Shown piece after piece: positions 1-8,800 of a stretch of DNA of 46,458 bases. The stretch's first letter is position 1, and each line of letters starts with the position of its first letter. A program made the translations under genes and the position numbers. Under the pieces are notes generated by a model. The model was not told where the DNA came from. It was given only the letters and a program-made list of their open reading frames with translations, and did not search any database. Source of the stretch: an uncultured Gammaproteobacteria bacterium (GTDB taxonomy: Bacteria; Patescibacteriota; Patescibacteriia; Patescibacteriales; UBA12465); the NCBI GenBank assembly GCA_964522055.1, contig CAZFUP010000002.1, forward strand, positions 308 through 46,765, written 5' to 3'.

Positions 1-2427
1 GTGTTAGATGACAAAAATATTAAATCAAATATAGCCCGCGTTTTATTTAATATCAATGTCTTTCGTCAATTTCCCGATATTGAGAAAATGTTTATTGATA
101 ATTTAAGCCGTTGGACTGATTTTGACGGGGTTGAATTATTAAATGCTTATGTTTTACCAGATGTCCCTGGGCAATCTCTTTTAGATTATGAGAAGGTTAA
201 GTTTGTTAGCGAAAATACTATTAAATCTCACGGTTTATCTATTCCTTTCTGGCGCGGTTATGTATCCTCTGGCAAGAATAAGCCAGCCTTTTATCTAGAT
301 GCTAACTTATATGAACTTGGTTTGAAAAATATAGGAGATGCTTTAACTAAAGAACGGTCTGGCGAGATTGTTAATTTTATGAAGGAGCTCGAATCTTCTG
401 AATTTGGTTTAAATAAAAATCAAAAGATACATATAATAAGATCGGCCTTCCGTGAGAATAATAGACAAGATATTGTTGAAAAAATCACAGATTTTTATAA
501 TTATGATTCTTCAATTGCCGAAGAGGCTTTTTCAAGTTATGTATCAACGGGTTACCTAGAACAATTCCTTGATTGTTCCATTAATTTTTCACCAGATTTC
601 AATAAACTCCTGTTAAAAGCAGGCTTAAGTGCTATTACAGCTTATAACATAAACTGTCTCGCTTCTCATTTTAAGCGAAACAATAATTTAGAGGCTTTAG
701 CGACTATAAAAAAAGCAGTTAACTCTCTAAAAAAGAATAATGATAATGTTTGGAACTGCAAGAAAGTTTTATTTGACCTTGATTTATTAGATGTTGAAGA
801 AGCTCGTGACTTATATAAAGAGGTTCGTTCTAATGATAATAGTATTCGTCAGCAGATTTTACAATCAATTGATATTATTGGCTCTGTGCTTAGTAATGCT
901 GAAGATATTAATAAACTAGATGTCTTTTTTGATAAGAAATCGCCAGAAAGAATTACTGATTTACAAAATATCGCCGCCTTTATGAGCCGCTATCCGAAAG
1001 AAAATAAAGGACGAACTATTGTCACCATGCTTTTTGCTAGAGAGTATTTACCAGACAGAAAGCTTGAGGAAGTGGTTGAAAAAGTTGCTCTTTATTTAAA
1101 TAAATATGAGAAAGTTTTAGAAGAAAACTCATATAAAAATATCCCTGAAGGAATAAGAACTTCTGTCGGTATGGAATATGAAATAACAGACTCTACTGCT
1201 GAAGGGTATAAAGCTTTAACTAATGAGGATTTGTCTTCTGATATAAATAAATTAAGTGAAATAGCCAGAATTGGTTCAGGTAATGATGCTGTTCATGAAA
1301 TTGCCACTCGTCCAACTGATAATCCTTATTTGATGTTACTAGAAATGAAGCTTTTACATGACCTTGAGTATGTTGATTTAAACTTTGATCGTTCAGAAAA
1401 ATATCAAAAAGGAGCTCGCGGTTTCCATCTAACTTTGGGCGGAGAAAGAGGGCTGACAGTTGATCAGGATACTCATTTCTTGCAAAATGTTATTGCGGCC
1501 GCCTCTTGGAGCGGAATAATGACTGGAGAAACTGGGCATAAAGTTAATGGCGGACGAGGCGTATCTATGCGCGGTCGTAATCCAGAAGATAATAATAATG
1601 TTGGATTTTTTGGAAAGAAAACGTCATCAGTTGAACTTCGTTCATTAGCTATTGATACGCAAGAAACTCTACAGAGAACAGTGACAACAGCTTTTAATGG
1701 TGCTATTGCTATTCAGGCTTGTCGTCAATATCTCAGCTTGCATCCTATGGAAATAATAGAGAAAATACAAGAAGAAAATGGAAGACAAGAACTTGATAAA
1801 AAAATTTCCAAAGCAGGCGAGCGTGAACGAGATATAATTAACGCTTGGCTTGATTTAATAGAAGAAACAATTAAAACAACAGAATCTCATAACAGTGAAT
1901 TTTTAGAACGTGAATCTTATGGTTACATGGATGATAAAGAGGTTTGGATAGAAAATGATGATTTTAACGGACGTGACAACAAAGAGCGATTTGAATCTAT
2001 TGTTCATAATATTGATCCGACTCTTAGTTTAGAGGAGTATTGCCGGAGGACGGTTATAGAAAAAGATGAGTTGTTTTCAGAATTTAACGTGGGTTTATCC
2101 GATAAATTAATAAAGATTAATAATTTATTTATCAAACCCGGTATTAAATATGTTAGCGAAGATAAGGAAAGAGAAAGAAAGAAAGAAAAAAGAGTATTTA
2201 AAGGCGATCATGCTAACGCAATTTCCGTTCTTAAATCAACCAAGTTTGACAATTTAACTTTAGAGTATAAAGATGAGGATTACTTGAAAAAAACTGTTTT
2301 TGATACAGCTGGAGATAAACGAGAGGGTTACTATAATTTTCAAGGTGGTAGCGAAAAAATGATTACTCATGCTATTCAAAGAGCTTTATTAAAGTTTAAC
2401 AGGGAAATAGAAAAAATAGTTTGTTAA
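1..2427 (+). CDS. Large hypothetical protein (808 aa) with a central amidoligase-like (glutamine-synthetase-fold COOH-NH2 ligase) motif set; possibly 5'-truncated by the window edge
   Basis: Uninterrupted ORF from base 1 (GTG) to TAA at 2425-2427. Ordered motifs GMEYEI / HEIATRP / GFHLTLGG / VELRSL (nt ~1168-1650) resemble the GxExE...E..P...HxH...ExR pattern of the Amidoligase_2 family. The flanking regions match no family I recognise. Confidence 0.55.
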   Translation: MLDDKNIKSNIARVLFNINVFRQFPDIEKMFIDNLSRWTDFDGVELLNAYVLPDVPGQSLLDYEKVKFVSENTIKSHGLSIPFWRGYVSSGKNKPAFYLDANLYELGLKNIGDALTKERSGEIVNFMKELESSEFGLNKNQKIHIIRSAFRENNRQDIVEKITDFYNYDSSIAEEAFSSYVSTGYLEQFLDCSINFSPDFNKLLLKAGLSAITAYNINCLASHFKRNNNLEALATIKKAVNSLKKNNDNVWNCKKVLFDLDLLDVEEARDLYKEVRSNDNSIRQQILQSIDIIGSVLSNAEDINKLDVFFDKKSPERITDLQNIAAFMSRYPKENKGRTIVTMLFAREYLPDRKLEEVVEKVALYLNKYEKVLEENSYKNIPEGIRTSVGMEYEITDSTAEGYKALTNEDLSSDINKLSEIARIGSGNDAVHEIATRPTDNPYLMLLEMKLLHDLEYVDLNFDRSEKYQKGARGFHLTLGGERGLTVDQDTHFLQNVIAAASWSGIMTGETGHKVNGGRGVSMRGRNPEDNNNVGFFGKKTSSVELRSLAIDTQETLQRTVTTAFNGAIAIQACRQYLSLHPMEIIEKIQEENGRQELDKKISKAGERERDIINAWLDLIEETIKTTESHNSEFLERESYGYMDDKEVWIENDDFNGRDNKERFESIVHNIDPTLSLEEYCRRTVIEKDELFSEFNVGLSDKLIKINNLFIKPGIKYVSEDKERERKKEKRVFKGDHANAISVLKSTKFDNLTLEYKDEDYLKKTVFDTAGDKREGYYNFQGGSEKMITHAIQRALLKFNREIEKIVC

Positions 2428-2439
2428 ATACAGTTTTTA

Positions 2440-2469
2440 TCGACATTTTAAACAAGCTTATGTTATAAT
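2440..2469 (+). promoter_or_regulatory. Putative sigma70-type promoter (TCGACA-18-TATAAT with extended TG)
   Basis: tcgaca at 2440-2445 and tgttataat at 2461-2469, about 35 nt upstream of the ATG at 2505. Confidence 0.4.
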
Positions 2470-2504
2470 AGCCTTGTTATCTGTTTAATTAACTAATTAA
2501 AATT

Positions 2505-4766
2505 ATGTCTCCAAAAACCTATTTGCGCATCTTGCAGGGTGGGATTGCCTTATCTTTATTGGCAATTTTATTTGTTTTTAAAGAATTATTATTCCCCTAC
2601 ATTACTTCCAAACAACTACCTTTTAACATTATTATGGAATTTTTGTTTGTTATTTGGCTGGTTTTTATAATGCGTTATCCCAAGTATAGACCAAAAAAGA
2701 ATTTAATTACTTATGGTTTAATTGCTTATTTTTTAGCAATTTTAGCTTCTTGTATTGTGAGTGTTGATTTTAATCTTAGTTTCTGGGGAGATGCCGAAAG
2801 AATGCTTGGGTTTTTCCATTTAGCTCATTTTCTAGTCTTTTATTTGGTAATTATCACTGCTTTTAGAAGTTGGAAAGATTGGCAAAATTTCTTTGGGTTT
2901 TCTATCGCCATTGCTGTTTTGGTAAGCTTAACTGGTCTTTTAGGGAAGAATCCCTATGGCACTATTGGTAATACTGCTTATGTTAGTGGTTATTTAATTT
3001 TCAATCTTTATTTTGTTATTTTATTGTTTTTTAGATCAAACAATAAAAAATCTCGTTGGTTTTTACTTTTGCCATTTTTAATAATGCTTTTTGAGTTTTG
3101 GAAAATGAAAACTTCAGGAGCTATTATTGGACTTGGGGCTAGTTTTTTGCTTTTATTTTTGCTTTTAGGATTAACTCATGTAAACAAGAAAATAAGGCGC
3201 TTATCTTTATTTCTTTTTCTTGGAGCAGGTATAGCTCTTATTTTTATTTTCTCTCAAAGTCAGAGTGCTTGGTTTCAGAATAGTTTTTTAAGAAACCTAA
3301 CTCCGCAAAAAGCAACTTTCCAAACCCGTCTTATTTCTTGGAGAGGTGGGCTAAAAGATTTTAAAGAGCATCCTATTTTTGGCAACGGTTTTGGTAATTA
3401 TGCAGTGATATTTGATAAACACTTTGATTCAAAGTTTTATGATTATACCGTTGGTGATACTTATTTTGATAGAGCGCATAATAATATAATTGATATTGTT
3501 TCTACAACCGGCTTAGTTGGATTGTTAACCTATTTAAGCATATTCATTGCTGCTTTTTACTATTTATTTAAGGAATTTAAGATTAACGGCAAGCGTTCAG
3601 GTAGCGATGCTAATGGACTTAATAATTTAGAGATAATAGTGATTACTTCTTTAATCAGTGCCTATTTCATTCAAAACTTGGCTATTTTTGATTCATTTTC
3701 AACCTTCTTGGGGCTGATGGGTGTTTTAGGGTTTATTTATTGGCTTAATTTTCGTCGTCTAGATCAAAGAGAGGAAAAAGAAAGTTATAGGATGGAAATA
3801 ACAGATAGAAAAAGTGAAGTTTGGATTTTAGTAATACTTCTTTTTATAGCTTATATTTTCGCTAACCACTATAACTTTAAGGCTCTTAAAATGATGAAGG
3901 GAACGATAGATTCTTATGCTAAAGTTGTCTCCGGCAGGGTGCTTGAAGGAATAGCGCAGTATAATGAAGTTTTAGAAGATGGGCCTATGGAAAGAGATTC
4001 TCGGGCAACTTTAAGTAAGTTGATTGTTTCCGACTCTTCAATTTTGTCTGATATGAATGCAAAGGAGGCGGAAGAAACGCTTGAGTATGCTATTTCTTTA
4101 GCCGAAAAAAATCTTGCTTATAACCCTTTAGATAGCATGATGCAACTTCAACTGGCACAGATTTTAAATACAGCTGCTGGATATTATTATCAAGATTTAG
4201 ATAAATTTAATGATTATTCAACTAGAGCCATGCAGGCGATAGAGCGTTCTATTGAGGCTAGTCCAGGACGCGCTACTGTTTATTTCTATAAGGCACAGAT
4301 ACAAATTACTCGCAATGAGTATGATGAAGCGATTGAAACCATGCGCTATGCTATTTCCTTAAATCCTAATTTTGCTGAAAGCCATTGTACACTAACTCAA
4401 TTTCTTTTTGTTATTAACAAAGAAGGGAAATATGATGATGTAATGGAGGAGAGTTTTGATAATTGTTTTGCCAAAACAAAAGAAAAAGGCTCTTCTATTT
4501 CAGATGTTATATTAAAAATGGGAGCTAATCATTATTCTCTTAAAAAAGAATATGCCAAAGCAGCTGAAATTTCTGAATACTTAGCTGAGATCTCTGAGCC
4601 GACAGCAGAAATATGGAATAACATTGCTCGTTTATACTTTGTTAGCGGAAAAGAAAAAGAGGCAGAAATAGCCTTTGCCAAAGCATCTAGCTTAGATCCG
4701 TCGCTTATAGATAGCTGGAATTCTTTCAAGGTTTATGTTAAAGAAAATCCCGAAGAATTCAAATAA
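2505..4766 (+). CDS. Polytopic O-antigen ligase/polymerase-like (Wzy_C) membrane protein fused to a C-terminal TPR-repeat domain
   Basis: More than 10 hydrophobic segments in the first ~440 aa. Wzy_C-like motif FDRAHNNIIDIVSTTGLVGLL. The C-terminal ~300 aa is soluble with TPR-like repeats (AISLNPNFAESH, KASSLDPSLIDSW). Confidence 0.8.
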   Translation: MSPKTYLRILQGGIALSLLAILFVFKELLFPYITSKQLPFNIIMEFLFVIWLVFIMRYPKYRPKKNLITYGLIAYFLAILASCIVSVDFNLSFWGDAERMLGFFHLAHFLVFYLVIITAFRSWKDWQNFFGFSIAIAVLVSLTGLLGKNPYGTIGNTAYVSGYLIFNLYFVILLFFRSNNKKSRWFLLLPFLIMLFEFWKMKTSGAIIGLGASFLLLFLLLGLTHVNKKIRRLSLFLFLGAGIALIFIFSQSQSAWFQNSFLRNLTPQKATFQTRLISWRGGLKDFKEHPIFGNGFGNYAVIFDKHFDSKFYDYTVGDTYFDRAHNNIIDIVSTTGLVGLLTYLSIFIAAFYYLFKEFKINGKRSGSDANGLNNLEIIVITSLISAYFIQNLAIFDSFSTFLGLMGVLGFIYWLNFRRLDQREEKESYRMEITDRKSEVWILVILLFIAYIFANHYNFKALKMMKGTIDSYAKVVSGRVLEGIAQYNEVLEDGPMERDSRATLSKLIVSDSSILSDMNAKEAEETLEYAISLAEKNLAYNPLDSMMQLQLAQILNTAAGYYYQDLDKFNDYSTRAMQAIERSIEASPGRATVYFYKAQIQITRNEYDEAIETMRYAISLNPNFAESHCTLTQFLFVINKEGKYDDVMEESFDNCFAKTKEKGSSISDVILKMGANHYSLKKEYAKAAEISEYLAEISEPTAEIWNNIARLYFVSGKEKEAEIAFAKASSLDPSLIDSWNSFKVYVKENPEEFK

Positions 4767-4794
4767 ATTATTTTAAAAAGATTTTATAAAAAAT

Positions 4795-4819
4795 CAGGCA
4801 AGTTGCCTGGTTTTTTTTT
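4795..4819 (+). terminator. Rho-independent terminator
   Basis: caggca-agt-tgcctg hairpin followed by a T9 run, directly after the stop at 4766. Confidence 0.8.
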
Positions 4820-4877
4820 AATTTTCCATCAGCCCATATTTGCTATATTAAAGACACTAAGAAATAAAAAAGTATTT

Positions 4878-5837
4878 ATGGACAAATTTAAATTGTTTAT
4901 TTTAAAGCTTATTAAATCATTTAAACATTGTTTTTTAAGGAATAAAAAAAGGCGAATCATTTTCTTTTTAAACCTGTTTTTATTAGTTTTTGTTATTTAT
5001 TTTGCTATTGCCTGGTTTTCTGTTAGCCGAGTAGAGATTGCTTTAGCGGAATATCGCGATTCTTTTTCACCAGAAATTATTTGTCATGAAGAATGTCATT
5101 TATATCGCCAAGCACGCGAACAAATAATTAAAAATGAGTTAAAAAATAAATTATCAAAAGATATTACTTTATTACAAAAATATTTTGAAGATGAAAATTC
5201 TCCTTTAGAATTTAGAAAAGAACTTATAAAAATAATTGCCTTTGTCTTTGGAAAGAATAATCCGCCTGAGTATTTAAGAGCTTATGTTTTAAAGGATAAA
5301 GTAGATCCGATAATAGTAAGGGAAATAATTATTTACTTTAACGATTTTTTAAGCAGAGCAGGGGAATTTAAAAATAATTTAGCCATAAAAATTATGCAGG
5401 CAGAAACTAAAAATGAAAAAATAGAATGGATGAAGATATTAAGGGAGATAAGTAACGATACGGAGATTGATGAATATTTTGCTGTCTTATCTGGTGATGA
5501 AGACGAATTGGTAAAATGTGAAATTTTAAAAAATATCAGCTTAATAAAAGATAAGCGTACGTATTTTACTCTAGATCAATTAGAACTTATTGGCACTTTG
5601 ATATTTAATCCCGATACTGGCTTAAGATTACGTCGTGATTTAGTTCTTTTAATTGGTGATTATTTTCTGATATTTAAAGATGAAAGTGCGGCACTTTGGC
5701 GAGAAATATATGCTTCAGAAAAGATAGATGGCATTAGTCGTTTATTTGCTGCTGATAACTTAAATCATCTCTTGAAAGAAAATTTGATTTTGCCGCTAGT
5801 TAGTTCATCGGAGTGGAATGAATATTATAATTATTAA
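4878..5837 (+). CDS. Hypothetical protein with an N-terminal membrane anchor
   Basis: The tracked ORF starts at TTG 4803, inside the upstream terminator. The first ATG (4878, MDKFKLF...) is the likely start. One TM segment (IIFFLNLFLLVFVIYFAIAWF), and the rest is helical-looking. Confidence 0.55.
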   Translation: MDKFKLFILKLIKSFKHCFLRNKKRRIIFFLNLFLLVFVIYFAIAWFSVSRVEIALAEYRDSFSPEIICHEECHLYRQAREQIIKNELKNKLSKDITLLQKYFEDENSPLEFRKELIKIIAFVFGKNNPPEYLRAYVLKDKVDPIIVREIIIYFNDFLSRAGEFKNNLAIKIMQAETKNEKIEWMKILREISNDTEIDEYFAVLSGDEDELVKCEILKNISLIKDKRTYFTLDQLELIGTLIFNPDTGLRLRRDLVLLIGDYFLIFKDESAALWREIYASEKIDGISRLFAADNLNHLLKENLILPLVSSSEWNEYYNY

Positions 5838-5844
5838 TTAAAAT

Positions 5845-8800
5845 ATGAAAAATAAAAAAAAATTTAAAATAATATCTTTCATCTTTTGGCTTTTCTTGTT
5901 TTTCAATCTTTCCTTAAGTGATTGTTTAGCTCTTCCGCCTGGAGCACTTTTGTTTAGAACATCCTCTAATGGAAAAATGTTTGGTTATAGCGGTGATGAT
6001 TTAGCAGAAGTAGATAAAGGGATATTAAAAAACATTTTTCCTGGACATGTTGGTATATATATAGGCAAAGAAAACGGTGTTGATTATGTGGTTGAGGCTT
6101 TGGCAGAGGGAATTGTTAAAAAGCCGGCTAGCCAATTTGTTAATACTGCTAATGGAGAAAAGTATTTAGGGGCTAAGATGCCAAGAAGCTTAACGGCCGT
6201 ACAACAAGCTAAGGCAGTAGCAATTGCTAAGAGTTTAGCAGACAGCAATTTAACTTATGATTTTGATTTTAAAACTCAAAAAGGCCCAAAGAGTGGACAA
6301 TGGACTTGTGTTGGTTTGGTAGAAAAAATTTATGAAAGTGCTAACATTTCTAATCCCAGTAATTTAATGGCCTTAGAATATGATCAAAATTATTACGCAG
6401 TAGATATTACAGCTGATGGACTAGATCATTATAGCCTAGTATCTGATAATGGCGATTGTTTTTCTAAGGATTATGAATTTTCTAAAATTGCTAGACGAAC
6501 TAATTTATTGCTACCAGCCCCAGAATTGATTGGTTTTAATCTTGGTCTTGAAAAGGATGGCGAGCGCTATATTTTTTTTCCGTATACGCAATTTCTACAA
6601 TCCGAATTAGTTAATGTTCCGACTGATATTACTATTTCTTCTTCTTTTGATGATGATAAATTGCGTGGTTCGGTAAATAATTTATCTTTAGTTTTACGCT
6701 GGAGCTTGATTAATAATCCGCTCTCATCTTTGAAAGTAATAGGTGATAAAATTAGTGATCTAGCTCTTGGTGTAAAGAAAAAAATGGTAAATACCACCGA
6801 AGAAGAAATGAATGTTTTTTTAGAAGAAGTTGTAGAGACGGTTAGCCCAGAAACGGCTGCTCTAGCAAAAAGCATTGCGGTTATCAATAAAAAGAGTGAA
6901 GAAGAGAAAGAGGAAGAGAAAGAGGATAAAAAAGAAGAAGAGCTAAAAATACCACGCAATGAAGAGGGCGAAATAATTGTTTCTGAATACTTTGATCAAG
7001 GCGAAGAATCAATTATGGCCCTTATTAATAAAGGTTTGCAGGCTGGTTTAAAAGAATTCTTTACCACAGGCAAGTCAAGCGGCGTTACCGGTTCATTCGC
7101 AGAAGATGAAATAAATGAAGATGAAGAATTTCTTTTTAAAGAAGAATTAGAAACTTCTTCCAAAGAAGAAGTTATTAAAGAAGAAATAATAAAAGAAGAT
7201 ATTAAAATTGCAAAAATAGCTACCATTAATCGTATTTATAGCACTGGTAATAATGATTTTATTGAATTATATAATCCTGGTGATTATGATTTTGATTTAA
7301 TGGCAGAAAAATATCGTCTGGAAAAAGCTAAAACAGCCGAAGATCCAAGTTTGATTTTACGTTTTGGAAATACAGATGACGCTTCATATCCTGGTGGGAC
7401 GGTTATAAAGGCGCATGATACTTATTTAATAGTTAAAGAAACTGCTAGTAAGTATTATTTAGATCAGGCAGACGCTATTGCTAAGCGATCTGAGTTTACT
7501 TGGCCAAGTAAAGGATATACGATTTATTTAGGCAAAGGAGCGATTAGCTCCACTCAGGATCCGGATATTATTGAAGCGGTTGGTTTTGGAAAAAATGCGA
7601 CTTATTTCCAGGGCAATGGTCCAGCTCAGGAGATAATGGAAAATTATATATTAAAAAGGATTCATGATTATGGTCACAATAATTTAGATTTCATTTTGGT
7701 AAAATCTGACGATCCAAGTATTGACTGGACACCACCTAAGGAAAACGAAAATAATAACAATAATGAAAATAATGTAGAAGAAGAAACAAGTTCAGTAATT
7801 ATTAATGAAAATCAGGCAACTAGCACTGAAGAGTTAGAAGTTGTTGCTAGTAGCACTGAAGAAGTTGTAGCGACTTCAAGCGAGGAAATTGTGGCTACTT
7901 CTTCTTTGCCTTGTGGCCGAGCGATAATTAGCAGGATTTATAGTCGCGGTGATAGCGATGGTATAGAACTTTATAATCCGACAGAGTATAGTTTGGATTT
8001 AGCAGCTGAAAATTATCGTTTAGAGAAAGCCAAGACAGCTGAGGACCCTAGTTTAATAATGCGTATCGGTTCTTCTTCTGATGGTCTTTATCCTGGCGGG
8101 ACAGTTATTGAGCCTTTTGGAACTTATCTTATCTCATCAAGTGACGCTAGTAGCTACTATTTAGAAAAAGCGCAAGCTATTGCTACCAGAACAGAATTTT
8201 CTTGGTTTAATTCAGGTTATTCTTTTTATTTAGCTACTAGTTCTATAAGTTCTAGCACTGATTCAGATATTGTTGATTTGGTTGGTGTTGGTCCAAATGC
8301 TCTTTACTGGCAAGGAATGGGGCCGGCACCAGCTCTAAAAGATAATTATGTTCTTACAAGAATTAGTGAAACAAAGAATAACAATTTGGATTTTAATTTA
8401 GTTAAATCTGATAATCCAGAAATAGTTTGGGGTGGAGACGCTATAGTGGAATCAAGCTCTAATAGTATTTATACTTTTAGCTCTGATTCCTACGACCTCT
8501 TTTCTTTGCCAGAACCAATTATCTCTCCTTCTCTTACGTATTTATGGCATTTTGATGAATGTTATGGTTCAGTTGCTCTACCGGCAATTAGTTCTACATC
8601 TTTAGAATTAACACCTAATTGGAGTGTGGGAAAATTCGGTTGTGCAAAAAAGAATGGCTATGATTATGGTTGGAGTAGGGCAGAGTTACCGCAAGAAATA
8701 GATTTAAATAGTTTTTCTATAAGTTTTTGGTTTAGAAAAGAAACAAAGAGTCCTCGTTTAAGTCTTACTTTAAGCAATGAAAACGATGATTTTATAAATT

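Noticed and set aside
4803-4877. Longer N-terminal extensions given by the ORF track (4803, 15041, 20927, 25433, 35880 and 36319 starts).
   Set aside because: The extensions begin at non-ATG codons. They also overlap terminators or the preceding gene. The first in-frame ATG gives sensible spacing in each case.
6567-7226. Two antisense ORFs (6567-6959 and 6996-7226) inside the giant surface-protein gene.
   Set aside because: They are Ser/Phe-rich mirror images of the E/K-rich linker (GAA/AAG repeats read as TTC/CTT). This is a low-complexity artefact.
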